Source: an uncultured Acidimicrobiia bacterium (lineage in GTDB: Bacteria > Actinomycetota > Acidimicrobiia > Spongiisociales > UBA4744). Taken from it: 63,974 nt of DNA. Every line of letters begins with the position of its first letter. The first letter of the stretch is position 1. The position numbers and the translations under genes are program-made. The stretch spans positions 1-63,974 of the forward strand of contig CAZBXV010000005.1 in the NCBI GenBank assembly GCA_964496205.1, written 5' to 3'. Positions 20,689 to 30,719 of this stretch are shown here, piece by piece. The notes under the pieces were generated by a model. That model was given only the letters and a program-made list of their open reading frames with translations, did no database searches and was not told the DNA's origin.

Positions 20689-22614
20689 CTACCTGGGCGG
20701 CTGCGCGGCCGACTCCAGCCGGCTCACCGCTTCCTCCAACGGTACTCCCCGGTCTTCGTGATCCGCGTCATATCGCCTGTACCCGACCGTGTCTGCGGCT
20801 TCGTCACGATCACCAACCACCAGCACCACGGGCACCTTGAGCGAGAGCGCTCTTCGGATCTTCTCCCCCACGGTTTCACTCGTCGAATCGATTTCCACTC
20901 TCACCCCTACGACACCAATCGCGTCCGCGACCTTCTGCGCATAGGGAAGATGACGGTCAGCGACCGGCACGATGGTCGCCTGGACCGGTGCCAGCCACAT
21001 GGGGAACGCTCCTGCGTGATGCTCGACCAGGATCCCGAAGAATCGTTCGACCGAACCGAACAACGCCCGGTGGATCATGACGGGTCGTTCTCGCCGGTTC
21101 TCGGGACTCGTGTACTCGATCTGGAATCGGTCAGGGTTGTTGAAGTCGACCTGAATGGTGGAGAGCTGCCACTTCCGTCCAATGGCGTCTTTGATGTGGA
21201 CATCGATCTTCGGCCCGTAGAACGCGCCCTCGCCCTCAGCGACCTTGTAGTCGAGGCCGGCCACTTCGAGCGATCGTGCGAGGGCCGCCGTCGCGATGTC
21301 CCAGAGCTCGACCTCTCCAACGTACTTCTCCGGGCGCGTCGACAGCTCTGCCTCGAACTCTTCAAAGCCGAAATCCCTCAGGACCATGAGGACGAAGTCG
21401 AGAAGGTTCTGCAGCTCATCGCCGATCTGATCGAGCGTGCAGAAAATGTGACTGTCGTCCTGGGTGAAGCCGCGTGCTCGCAGGAGTCCGTGAACGACTC
21501 CCGAACGCTCGTACCGGTAGACCGTGCCCAACTCGAAGAGTCGCAACGGCAGTTCCCTGTACGAGTGGCTCCGACTCTTGAAGATCAGGATGTGGAATGG
21601 GCAGTTCATCGGTTTGAGGATGTAGTCATCCCCGTGATCGAGTTCCATCGCCGGATACATGTTGTCGGCGTAGTAGCCCAGGTGTCCTGAGATCTCCCAC
21701 AGCTTGGCCTTGGCGACATGAGGGCTCGCCACGATCTCGTAGTCGTGGGCCAGATGCACGCGTCTCGAGTAGTCCTCGATCACCGTTCTCATGAGCCCGC
21801 CCCGCGGATGCCACACCGCGAGTCCTGAGCCGAGTTCCGGTGGGAACGAGAAGAGGTCGAGCTCCGTACCCAGCTTCCGGTGATCTCGTCGCTCCGCCTC
21901 TTCGAGTCGCGTCAGGTAGGCGTCGAGAGCTTTCTGGTCCTCCCACGCCGTTCCGTAGATCCTCTGAAGCTGTGGGCGATGCTCGTCCCCTCGCCAGTAT
22001 GCCCCTGCCGTTCGCAGCAGTTTGAACGCCTTGAGCGTGCCCGTGGATGGCACGTGAGGGCCGCGACAGAGGTCTACGAACTCGTCGTTGCGGTAGACCG
22101 ATATCACCGTGCCGACTTCCGACTCGTCCACAGACTCGATGATCTCGCTCTTGAATGGCTGATCCGCGAAGACCTTCAGCGCGTCCTGCTCGGACAGCTC
22201 CTCGCGCACAAACGGCTGATCTTCGGCGACGATGTCCCACATCCTCGCTTCGATCGTCTCGATGTCATCAGGGGTGAACGGGCGGCCGATGTCGAAGTCG
22301 TAATAGAAGCCATCCTCGATCGCAGGGCCGATCGCGAACCTCGCTCCCTCGAAGATCGAGAGAACGGCCTGTGCCATTACGTGTGCCGTCGAGTGGCGCA
22401 GCACATCCCGACCATCGTCGGTCGCCGCCGTCACGATTTCGATCTTGCCGCCATGATCGAGTGGGCGCTTCAGGTCGATGGGAGTTCCGTCAAGCTTGGC
22501 CGCGACCGCAGCGGCGGCGAGTCGCTTTCCGAGGTCGGTAGCTATCTCCAAGCTCGTGATGCCTTCGGGATAGGTCCGTTGGGAGTTGTCGGGAAACTCG
22601 ATGCTGATCGTCAC
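20689..22614 (-). CDS. thrS: threonine--tRNA ligase
   Basis: Class II motifs, HRALFGSVERF, and a TGS-domain N-terminus. I prefer GTG at 22614 (VTISIEFPDNSQRTYPEGI, with AAGAAGG 5 nt upstream) over the track start at 22809. Confidence 0.92.
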   Translation of the reverse strand: MTISIEFPDNSQRTYPEGITSLEIATDLGKRLAAAAVAAKLDGTPIDLKRPLDHGGKIEIVTAATDDGRDVLRHSTAHVMAQAVLSIFEGARFAIGPAIEDGFYYDFDIGRPFTPDDIETIEARMWDIVAEDQPFVREELSEQDALKVFADQPFKSEIIESVDESEVGTVISVYRNDEFVDLCRGPHVPSTGTLKAFKLLRTAGAYWRGDEHRPQLQRIYGTAWEDQKALDAYLTRLEEAERRDHRKLGTELDLFSFPPELGSGLAVWHPRGGLMRTVIEDYSRRVHLAHDYEIVASPHVAKAKLWEISGHLGYYADNMYPAMELDHGDDYILKPMNCPFHILIFKSRSHSYRELPLRLFELGTVYRYERSGVVHGLLRARGFTQDDSHIFCTLDQIGDELQNLLDFVLMVLRDFGFEEFEAELSTRPEKYVGEVELWDIATAALARSLEVAGLDYKVAEGEGAFYGPKIDVHIKDAIGRKWQLSTIQVDFNNPDRFQIEYTSPENRRERPVMIHRALFGSVERFFGILVEHHAGAFPMWLAPVQATIVPVADRHLPYAQKVADAIGVVGVRVEIDSTSETVGEKIRRALSLKVPVVLVVGDRDEAADTVGYRRYDADHEDRGVPLEEAVSRLESAAQPPR

Positions 22615-22690
22615 GCCAACCTTCTTGATGTCGTCTGGTGTAGCGTAAACGAGACCGTTGGGATCACCGACCGCAAAAAAGGGAGTGCGC

Positions 22691-23512
22691 ATGCGGCCGA
22701 GAGACATCGCGAGCCATCTGAGTGCCGGTGGCAGAGTCAATTCACTGTCGTCGGGCACCAATGACGTGTTCCGTATCTTTGCCATCGATGGCACAACATC
22801 GATTCTCAAGGTGTATGGATCATCGTCCTACCAACGACGTGAGCGACGTGCTCTGGAAGCACTGCATGGTGTACCGGGTTTGCCGACCGTCATCGAGTGG
22901 GGTGCGACCGACGAAACGGACTGGGTGCGCCTCGTCGATGCAGGCAGATGGAACCTGCGATCACTCCCCGGCGACACTCGGTCCGCGGCCCTGGCCGGCT
23001 CTCTCCTGCGGACGCTCCACGAGGCCGACTCGTCCCGTCTCTCGAACCTGGAACAAGGGATAGGGGCCGAGTGGATGCAGATGGCACTCAGCGGCAACTT
23101 CTCCCGCCTGGAGCGCTACCGGGGGAAGCTCGGGATTCCGTCGTCGATCTTCGATCGCGCGGTGGACCTCGCCTTCCCACCCACCACCGTTCCCCGGGCC
23201 GCTCACACCAGGCCGGGTCCGTCGGCGTTCGTCATCGACGACGCCGGGCAGGTGACCCTGACGGGTTGGATAAGGGCGACCCTCGCACCACCCGAGTGGG
23301 ACCACTCCTATGCCCTCTGGCTTCTCTCGTCATTCGAAGGCTCCCGGGACGCCTTCTCCGCAGGGTACGAGGCAACGATGGACGACGACGTCCAGAGAAT
23401 GTGGACGATCTTCCACATCACCGCGTTTCTTCTTCGTGCAGTCGAGCGGCGAGACGGAGGGCATGATGACCTCCGTCCGTTCGTCGACCAACTCACTCGC
23501 GCCGTCGGGTAG
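22691..23512 (+). CDS. aminoglycoside-phosphotransferase/choline-kinase-fold protein; substrate unknown
   Basis: GTNDVFRI...ILKVYG nucleotide-binding lobe and ERRALEAL are typical of the APH fold. ATG at 22691 has AAGGGAG 5 nt upstream. Confidence 0.55.
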   Translation: MRPRDIASHLSAGGRVNSLSSGTNDVFRIFAIDGTTSILKVYGSSSYQRRERRALEALHGVPGLPTVIEWGATDETDWVRLVDAGRWNLRSLPGDTRSAALAGSLLRTLHEADSSRLSNLEQGIGAEWMQMALSGNFSRLERYRGKLGIPSSIFDRAVDLAFPPTTVPRAAHTRPGPSAFVIDDAGQVTLTGWIRATLAPPEWDHSYALWLLSSFEGSRDAFSAGYEATMDDDVQRMWTIFHITAFLLRAVERRDGGHDDLRPFVDQLTRAVG

Positions 23513-23590
23513 TCCTCCGGCCCCCTGAGAACGCGAAATCCTTCCTTCCTGACCCGTTCTCTCATACACTCGGGGTGAGAGGAGAACAGC

Positions 23591-23806
23591 GTGGTTCCAC
23601 TGTTGATCGCAGCAGCACTCATCACAGCACTCGTCGTGATTGCCGGGAACAGATTCCGTGCTACTACGGACGAGTTCCCCCACCGATCCTGGGGAGCGAC
23701 GTACCGCCCGGCCACCGAACTTCCTTGCCCCTGGTGCGGCGGCGAGACGGATGAGGCGGACGCCTCCTGCCCCAGCTGCCACCGTATGTTCGGCGCCACT
23801 GTCTGA
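23591..23806 (+). CDS. small membrane-anchored zinc-ribbon protein (hypothetical)
   Basis: 71 aa. N-terminal TM (VPLLIAAALITALVVIAG) plus CPWCGG...CPSCH (CxxC-x12-CxxC). GAGAGGAG precedes the GTG start. Confidence 0.45.
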   Translation: MVPLLIAAALITALVVIAGNRFRATTDEFPHRSWGATYRPATELPCPWCGGETDEADASCPSCHRMFGATV

Positions 23807-23825
23807 CCTTCTGTAACCTGCTTTC

Positions 23826-24770
23826 GTGAGCAGAGTCGGCCTGATCCTCGGGGGTGGCGGAGTCACCGGCGCCTCCTATCACCTTGCTGCGTTGCTTGCC
23901 TTGGAAATGGCAACCGGCTGGGACGTTGCATCCAGCGATGTTGTCGTTGGCACATCCGCTGGCGCATTTGCCGCAGCGATCGTCCGATCAGGTGGTGTCT
24001 CCCTCGACGCGATCGCCGAACCAGGAGATAGCGAAGAAGACGTCGAAGCGCGGATCCGATCGTGGGTGTACAAGAAGAAGCCTCTCAACGGCGTCGGCCG
24101 CTGGCTCCGCCATGGGATCATCCCGAGCTTGCGGCATCCTGGTGTCACTTCCCTGCTTGGGGCACCAGGTCGCTTCGACCCGTCCGGTATTGGTGACTGG
24201 GTTGCGGCACAGGCGCCCTCTGTAGCCGACTCCTGGCCAGACCGACCGACCGTCGTCGTCGCCTACAACCTCGAAGATCGCAGGAGAACGGCGTTCGGAA
24301 CGGTCGACGCTCCAGACGTTGCACTCCGCGACGCCGTGTCCGCATCGTCCGCCGTTCCTGTCGTGTTCGCTCCCCATCTGATCAAGAACAGGAGCTACGT
24401 CGATGGGGGTGTCTTCTCAGGCACCAACGCCGATCTCGTACTCGGGAGTCCGGAACCCCTGGATCTTCTGCTCATCCTGGCACCGATGGCCGCCGAAACC
24501 CAGCGGACCGGCGCACATTTCTATGAGTCGGTCTTCGACAGAGTGGGCCGATCTGCCCTCCATGACGAACTCGAAGTCGTGGCGACCGAGTGGCCCGACA
24601 TCGAGACACTCGTGCTGCGCCCCAGCCCGATGGTGCTCAGCGCCATGCGACCCAACCCGATGGACCCGAGCCGGGCGGTGCCAACGTTTGTACGGACACT
24701 GGCCTCGTTGCGCTCACGCCTCGCCCGACCGGAGGTGTGGTCCGTCCTCGAGCGTCACCTCGTTGCCTGA
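23826..24770 (+). CDS. patatin-like phospholipase
   Basis: Oxyanion GGGGVTG, nucleophile GTSAG (GxSxG), catalytic YVDGG (DGG). Confidence 0.85.
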   Translation: MSRVGLILGGGGVTGASYHLAALLALEMATGWDVASSDVVVGTSAGAFAAAIVRSGGVSLDAIAEPGDSEEDVEARIRSWVYKKKPLNGVGRWLRHGIIPSLRHPGVTSLLGAPGRFDPSGIGDWVAAQAPSVADSWPDRPTVVVAYNLEDRRRTAFGTVDAPDVALRDAVSASSAVPVVFAPHLIKNRSYVDGGVFSGTNADLVLGSPEPLDLLLILAPMAAETQRTGAHFYESVFDRVGRSALHDELEVVATEWPDIETLVLRPSPMVLSAMRPNPMDPSRAVPTFVRTLASLRSRLARPEVWSVLERHLVA

Positions 24771-25744
24771 TCGAGTTTGCTCAGCCACACGGACCGCTCG
24801 GATTCAGCCACAAACGAGGCGTTCAGTGATGTCCGCGCCATCGCCGCGAGATCCGCTTTCGAGAGATCCAGTGCGTTCGCAACGGCAAGGTAGTTGTCGG
24901 CGACATACCCACCGAAGTAGGCCGGGTCGTCCGAGTTGATCGTGACTGCGACACCGGCATCGTACAGACGCTTCAGATTGTGCATCGAGAGATCCTCAAA
25001 GACCCTCAGCTTCACATTGGAAAGCGGACACATGGTCAGTGGGATTCCCTCCGCAACCACACGCTCGAGGAGCGCGTGGTCCTCTTCGAGTCGCACACCA
25101 TGGTCGATTCGCTCTGCGTGGAGGAGATCGAGTGCCTGCTCGATGTACTCAGGCGGACCCTCCTCCCCGGCGTGGGCAACGACATGAAGACCCTCTGCGC
25201 GGGCACGGGCAAACACGTCTTGAAACAGCGATGGTGGGCGCCCTATCTCGGACGAATCGAGACCGAGACCGATGATCTTGGACCGATGACGGAGACCCGC
25301 CTCGAGGGTCTCCATCGCGGCCTCCGGGGTGAGATGCCGCAGGATCGACAGGATCAAGGCGGCCGACACCCCGATATCCGCCGCCTCCTGTGTGGCACGG
25401 TAGAGCCCGTTCACGACGACATCGAAAGGCACCCCACGATCCGTATGCGTCTGGGGATCGAAGAAGAGCTCCGCGCGCCGGACGCCGTCCGACGCGGCAC
25501 GAGTGAGGTAGGCCCACGCGAGTTCGTAGAAATCCTGTTCGGTCAACAGAACGGCAGCGCCCTTGTAGTAGATGTCCAGGAAGGACTGGAGGTTGCTGAA
25601 GGCATACGCGGCACGTATCTCCTCTACGGTGGGCACCGGCACATCGTTGCGATTGCCCAGCGTGACCATCAATTCGGGTTCGAGCGTGCCTTCGATGTGA
25701 ACGTGCAGTTCCGCTTTCGGCAGGCCACGAACGAACGCTTCCAT
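24755..25744 (-). CDS. adenosine-deaminase-fold enzyme, adenine deaminase (ADE) subtype likely
   Basis: 329 aa. PKAELHVHIEGTL, HAGE, SDDPAYFGGY. The 3' end overlaps the convergent patatin gene by 16 nt. Confidence 0.82.
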   Translation of the reverse strand: MEAFVRGLPKAELHVHIEGTLEPELMVTLGNRNDVPVPTVEEIRAAYAFSNLQSFLDIYYKGAAVLLTEQDFYELAWAYLTRAASDGVRRAELFFDPQTHTDRGVPFDVVVNGLYRATQEAADIGVSAALILSILRHLTPEAAMETLEAGLRHRSKIIGLGLDSSEIGRPPSLFQDVFARARAEGLHVVAHAGEEGPPEYIEQALDLLHAERIDHGVRLEEDHALLERVVAEGIPLTMCPLSNVKLRVFEDLSMHNLKRLYDAGVAVTINSDDPAYFGGYVADNYLAVANALDLSKADLAAMARTSLNASFVAESERSVWLSKLDQATR

Positions 25745-25807
25745 CCCGTACTCTCCTCGACGGTGTTTAGCGGTGAATCCTACTCGTGGTAGGTAGCATC
25801 AGCTGCA

Positions 25808-27148
25808 ATGAGTAGCCTTCTGATCACCCACGCCACGTTGCTCGTCACGATGGATGAACACCGCAGAGAGATTCCTGACGGCGGGCTCTTCGCACGAGAT
25901 GGTTGGATCGAGCACGTCGGGCCGACGGCGGATCTGCCACGCACCGCCGACAGCGTGCTGGATCTTCGAGACCACGTTGTCATACCTGGTCTGGTCAACA
26001 CCCACCATCACCTGTACCAGACGCTGACGAGGGCGTACGCCCAGGACTCGGAGCTCTTCGACTGGCTGACCACCCTCTACCCGGTCTGGGCGAGGATGAC
26101 GCCGACGGACGTGAACGTATCCGCCCGCCTCGGACTCACCGAGCTCGCAATGGCCGGGTGTACCACTTCGTCCGATCATCTCTATCTGTTTCCCAACGGA
26201 TCCCATCTCGATGACGAGATCGAGGCCGCCGCGCAGGTCGGTGTCCGGTTTCACGCAGCCCGGGGGTCGATGAGCCTCGGGGAGAGCGACGGTGGGCTCC
26301 CACCCGACTCTGTGGTGGAGAACGAGGAGGAGATCCTCCGCGACACGCAACGCGTAATCGAGGAGTTCCACGATCCCGAACCCGGTTCCATGCTGCGAGT
26401 CGTCGTCGCTCCCTGTTCTCCTTTTTCGGTCACGCCCCATCTGATGCGCGAGTGTGCCCGTCTCGCCCGGGAGTATGGGGTGACCCTGCACACGCACCTC
26501 GCCGAAACCGTCGACGAGGAGTCCTTCTGCATCGAACGCTTCGGCTTGCCGCCACTGGCCTACGCCGAGAGCGTCGAGTGGCTTGGCCCCGACGTATGGT
26601 TCGCACACGCGGTGCACATGGGCCAGGCGCAGATAGCCACCATGGCAGAGACCAAGACGGGCGCTGCACACTGCCCTGCATCCAACATGCGCCTCGGATC
26701 GGGCATCGCTCCCATCGCGGAGTATCTCGACTCGGGCGTTCGTGTCGGACTGGGCGTCGATGGGTCTGCTTCCAACGACGGTAACGACCTCCTCGGTGAA
26801 GCTCGGCTGGCTCTCCTCCTTGCCCGCGTCCGCCGCCGCAACATGCTCCCGGTTCGAACGGCCCTGGAGCTCGCCACGCTTGGCGGCGCGAAAGTGCTCG
26901 GCAGGACCGACATCGGTTCGCTCGCACCCGGAAAAGCAGCCGACTTCGCCGCCTTCGATCTGCGACAGATCGAGTATGCCGGCGCCCAGCACGATCCGGC
27001 CGCGGCGCTCCTCCTTTGTGCAACCACCCGCGCCTCCCACACGTACGTCCATGGAAGTCCGGTGGTGACCGAGGGCCGTCCGGTCAACGTGGAGCTGGAA
27101 CCTCTGATCGACGAGCACAACAAGGCGGCCCGCCAACTTCTCAACTAG
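25808..27148 (+). CDS. amidohydrolase, 8-oxoguanine deaminase-like
   Basis: 446 aa. PGLVNTHHHLYQTLTR, LYPVWARMTP, APCSPFSVTP, HTHLAET, GLGVDGSASND. These closely recall the Pseudomonas 8-oxoguanine deaminase as I remember it. Confidence 0.8.
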   Translation: MSSLLITHATLLVTMDEHRREIPDGGLFARDGWIEHVGPTADLPRTADSVLDLRDHVVIPGLVNTHHHLYQTLTRAYAQDSELFDWLTTLYPVWARMTPTDVNVSARLGLTELAMAGCTTSSDHLYLFPNGSHLDDEIEAAAQVGVRFHAARGSMSLGESDGGLPPDSVVENEEEILRDTQRVIEEFHDPEPGSMLRVVVAPCSPFSVTPHLMRECARLAREYGVTLHTHLAETVDEESFCIERFGLPPLAYAESVEWLGPDVWFAHAVHMGQAQIATMAETKTGAAHCPASNMRLGSGIAPIAEYLDSGVRVGLGVDGSASNDGNDLLGEARLALLLARVRRRNMLPVRTALELATLGGAKVLGRTDIGSLAPGKAADFAAFDLRQIEYAGAQHDPAAALLLCATTRASHTYVHGSPVVTEGRPVNVELEPLIDEHNKAARQLLN

Positions 27149-27166
27149 GCGCCCGGGGGAGCGAAG

Positions 27167-29377
27167 CTACCCGAAGTCCGCGATGTCTTCAGGGTGGATA
27201 GGCAGCCGTGTCACCGGCCTGCCAGTTGCGGCCCTCACAGCGGCGGCGATAGCGGGTCCCGAGGAGATCGACGGCAATTCCGAGAATCCCTTGGCTCCGA
27301 ACGGTCCCCATGAACTTGGCTGCTCGACGATGACCGCTTCGACCGGCGGCATGTCCTCGATCGTTGGAAGCAGGTAGTCCGTGAAGGTCGGGTTCTTGAT
27401 GACGCCGTCTGCCAGGATCACCTCTTCGAGGAGGGCCATCCCGAATCCTTGGGCGATCCCTCCCTCGATCTGCCCGATCACCTGCGCTGGGTTGAGCGCT
27501 TTGCCAACGTCTTGCGCGGTGTCGATCCGGACGACTCGTACGAGTCCCAGAACGGGGTCGACATCCACGACCGCTCGATGTGCGGCTACGCAGAAATCGA
27601 CGTGGACATCGCCCTGCCCGTTCTCGTCGGGTGGCGCGGTCGGGGCGTGGCGGTATCTCACCTCACCGATGATGGGTCCGTCGGCGCACACCTCTTCCCA
27701 CCCGGCAACCAGTTGGTCCCCCTTCCAAATCCCTTCGTCATCCATGGCGTCGCCGTCCGTGAGTTCCAGCGCTCTCTCCCTTGCCCGCCTCGCGGCCTGC
27801 TCGACGGCTCCCCCGGCCATCTGGGTTTGCCGGGACGCCGATGAGGAACCGGCCGAGCCGATCGTTGAGGTGTCATCCCATACGACCTCGACCCGTTCCA
27901 TGGTCAGGACGGTACGCGCTATCTGGACGAGAATCGTCACCATGCCTTGTCCGACTTCGGCTGCAGCCGTGTGTATCTCGGCGCCGTCCGAGGTCAGCTC
28001 GACACGTGCATCCGCGTAGTCGTCGAATGCTTCGGAGAACATCAGATTCTTGAGCGCAACGGCGTACCCGATCCCGCGAACGACCGCTTGGCGCGGTGTC
28101 GTCAGACCGGTACCTCCGGGAAGCCGGTCGGTGTGATCGTCGGGCAGCGGGATCGCCATGACCGATCGGATCACTTCCTCCACAGGCAGTGCGTCTTCGA
28201 TTCGCTGTCCGGTGGTTGCGAGCCGGTCGCCCGGAGCAATCGCATTCTTGAGCCTCAGCTCCAGTGGATCCATGCCGAGGGCTGTCGCCAAACGGTCCAT
28301 CTGCGCCTCGTGCGCAAAGCACACCTGGTTGGCCCCGAACCCGCGCATGGCCCCCGTCGGCGGGTTGTTGGTTCGGACGGCGAATCCGTCAACGAACACG
28401 TTCGGGCACCGGTATGGTCCGGCGGCGAAGTACACGGCGTTGGCAATCACTGCTTCCGATGTGTGTGCGTAGGCACCCCCATCCAGGATCAGCTTCGCAT
28501 CGACTCGAACGAGGTTCCCTTCGCTGTCGGCCTCGTGCCGGTACCACATGTGGGCGCTGTGTCGCTTGACGTGCCCGACGAAACTCTCTCCTCGCCCGTA
28601 CACCATCTTCACGGGTCGCTCGGTACGGAGTGCGAGCATGCAGAGGTGTGTATGGAGGCTCAGGTCCTCTCTGGAGCCGAACGCTCCTCCCAGGCCTGTC
28701 GGGTGAACACGGACCTGCTCGGGTTCGAGTGCGAGACACCGAACGAGTTGCTCTTGATCGACGTGAATCCACTGCGACGGCGGGTACAGGTCGACTCCCC
28801 CATCACCATCGGGAATCGCGAGCCCGGCCTCTGTTCCAAGGGGAGCCTGATCTATGTTCGGCGTCTCGTAGTAGCCCTCGACGACGACTGAGCCGTGGAC
28901 GTCCGGATCACCCCTACGGATCTTGAGATCACGAAACACCTCACCCGATTCCGCCGCCGTCTCCAGGTTCGTCGCCGCGGAAAGTTGCTCCAGTTCGACG
29001 ACGATAGCGTCGGCCGCGGCACGCGCCTGATCGCGTGTCTCGGCCGCGACGAGTGCGACCGCCTCACCCCAGTATCTGATCTCCCCGTCTGAGAGGACCG
29101 GCTGGTCCTGGACGATCTGGCCCTGGTACTTGAATCCGGGAACGTCGTCTTGAGTGAGCACGGCTGCCACTCCGGGCATGGCAAGGGCCGGAGCAATATC
29201 GATCGACACGATCCTGGCATGCGGCACGTACGCCCGGCGCGTCGCGCCCCACAGCATTCCTTTTGCATGGAGATCGCCGACGTAGGCGAACTCACCCGAG
29301 ACCTTCGCTGCTCCATCGGGCCTGCGGACCGATTCACCGACCACCCCGTTCACACGCCGTCGGGTCGAGATCGTCAT
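27167..29377 (-). CDS. xanthine dehydrogenase-family molybdopterin-binding large subunit (system 1)
   Basis: ATG at 29377 (MTISTRRRVNGVVGESV) overlaps the stop of the FeS subunit (ATGA). GGAFGSRED and GAMRGFGANQ motifs. C-terminal GFSELP retains the catalytic Glu. Confidence 0.9.
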   Translation of the reverse strand: MTISTRRRVNGVVGESVRRPDGAAKVSGEFAYVGDLHAKGMLWGATRRAYVPHARIVSIDIAPALAMPGVAAVLTQDDVPGFKYQGQIVQDQPVLSDGEIRYWGEAVALVAAETRDQARAAADAIVVELEQLSAATNLETAAESGEVFRDLKIRRGDPDVHGSVVVEGYYETPNIDQAPLGTEAGLAIPDGDGGVDLYPPSQWIHVDQEQLVRCLALEPEQVRVHPTGLGGAFGSREDLSLHTHLCMLALRTERPVKMVYGRGESFVGHVKRHSAHMWYRHEADSEGNLVRVDAKLILDGGAYAHTSEAVIANAVYFAAGPYRCPNVFVDGFAVRTNNPPTGAMRGFGANQVCFAHEAQMDRLATALGMDPLELRLKNAIAPGDRLATTGQRIEDALPVEEVIRSVMAIPLPDDHTDRLPGGTGLTTPRQAVVRGIGYAVALKNLMFSEAFDDYADARVELTSDGAEIHTAAAEVGQGMVTILVQIARTVLTMERVEVVWDDTSTIGSAGSSSASRQTQMAGGAVEQAARRARERALELTDGDAMDDEGIWKGDQLVAGWEEVCADGPIIGEVRYRHAPTAPPDENGQGDVHVDFCVAAHRAVVDVDPVLGLVRVVRIDTAQDVGKALNPAQVIGQIEGGIAQGFGMALLEEVILADGVIKNPTFTDYLLPTIEDMPPVEAVIVEQPSSWGPFGAKGFSELPSISSGPAIAAAVRAATGRPVTRLPIHPEDIADFG

Positions 29378-29817
29378 TGGACTCTCCTGATCGCCCGGAT
29401 GATCGACCCGTACCCGGTGCAGCGACAGAGATTCCCCGCAAGGGCAACACGGATCTCTTCCTCGGTCGGGTGCGGGTTCTGTTCGAGGAGGTGAGTTGCA
29501 GCAACGACGAAACCGGGAGTGCAGTACCCGCACTGTGCAGCGGCCTCATCGAGGAAGGCCTCCTGGAGTGGGGAGTTCCCGCCGTCCGGCGTCAGCCCTT
29601 CGACGGTGACAACGTCTGCGCCGTCGGCGTCAGCGGCCATGATCATGCAGGAGCAGACCGGCTGCCCATCCATCAGGACGGTGCAGGAACCGCACTCGCC
29701 CTGCTCGCAGGCATCCTTGCTCCCGAACAACCCGAGATCCTCTCTCAACACCCTGAGAAGGCTCTGACTGCCGTCCACGATGACGTCGGTGGCGGTGCCG
29801 TTCAGCCTGAATCTCAT
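29374..29817 (-). CDS. (2Fe-2S)-binding small subunit (system 1)
   Basis: 147 aa. CEQGECGSCTV, CGYCTPG, NLCRCTGY. Confidence 0.93.
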   Translation of the reverse strand: MRFRLNGTATDVIVDGSQSLLRVLREDLGLFGSKDACEQGECGSCTVLMDGQPVCSCMIMAADADGADVVTVEGLTPDGGNSPLQEAFLDEAAAQCGYCTPGFVVAATHLLEQNPHPTEEEIRVALAGNLCRCTGYGSIIRAIRRVQ

Positions 29818-30605
29818 AGGATGCGCTCCAGTGTTCGGCGGGCGATGACACCTGCTGCGTGCCTGCGATACCGCTCGGTCGAACGATGATCGGTGATTGG
29901 TGAGACCTCCTGCGACACGAGACGCTGGAACTCGTCCAACGCTGCCGGGCTCGGATATTTCTCGGCCGAGATCATCGCTTCGGCGCCACGGGCCCGAACC
30001 ACGGTGGGCGCCACCGACCCCAGCGCCACCGTCGTGTGCCCGTCATCGAATCTCACGACACATGCCGAAGCAATGGATATCACCATGGCGGAACGAACGC
30101 CGACCTTCGAGAATCCTTGGCGGCTCGGCATGTCTTCCGGCAGTTCGACTCCGACAACGAGCTCTCCCGGTTTCAGCGCCGTGCGTTTCACTCCGAGGAA
30201 GAAATCGTCCCACCGAAGCTTCCTCATACCATCTGCACCGCGTGTGACGATGGTCGCGTCGACAGCGGCAAGGAACGGCAACGCGTCACCAGCGGGGCTC
30301 GCTGTGCCGATGTTCCCTCCGATCGTCGCGGCGTTTCGGATCTGTGGTGAGCCAACCGTCCGCGCCGCTTCGGCCAGTCCCGCCCACGCAACATGCTCGA
30401 GTCTCGCGTGAGTGACCCCCGAGCCTATCCAGCGGCTGTTCAGCCCCTTCAATTCATCGATCCGCCGCAGCGCAACGACACTCGAGGGGTTGGCGAGACC
30501 GAAGTTGACCTGCACCATCAGGTCTGTGCCTCCCGCAAGACACACCGCGCCGCCCTGAAGGGCGGCCACGGCATCGTCGATCGTCGTTGGAAGCTCGATG
30601 TGCAC
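29814..30605 (-). CDS. FAD-binding (CoxM/XdhB-type) medium subunit (system 1)
   Basis: 263 aa. LAGGTDLMVQ and ATIGGNIG motifs. Confidence 0.9.
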   Translation of the reverse strand: MHIELPTTIDDAVAALQGGAVCLAGGTDLMVQVNFGLANPSSVVALRRIDELKGLNSRWIGSGVTHARLEHVAWAGLAEAARTVGSPQIRNAATIGGNIGTASPAGDALPFLAAVDATIVTRGADGMRKLRWDDFFLGVKRTALKPGELVVGVELPEDMPSRQGFSKVGVRSAMVISIASACVVRFDDGHTTVALGSVAPTVVRARGAEAMISAEKYPSPAALDEFQRLVSQEVSPITDHRSTERYRRHAAGVIARRTLERIL

Positions 30606-30719
30606 GTCGATCCAAATCTAGCGGTCCGCCACCCAAATGACAGCCGGGCCCCTGCGGATCACGACGCCCCTGGCGGCGGCTCGCAGACGCACCACTAGCG
30701 CCGCGCCCAGGATGCCCGA

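Noticed and set aside
25799-27136. 445-aa minus-strand ORF that almost exactly mirrors the 446-aa amidohydrolase gene
   Set aside because: The plus-strand product has the full amidohydrolase motif set (HHH, HTHLAET, DGSASND). The mirror ORF is Arg/Gly/Val-rich with no recognisable domain. It is a high-GC antisense artefact, not an overlapping gene.
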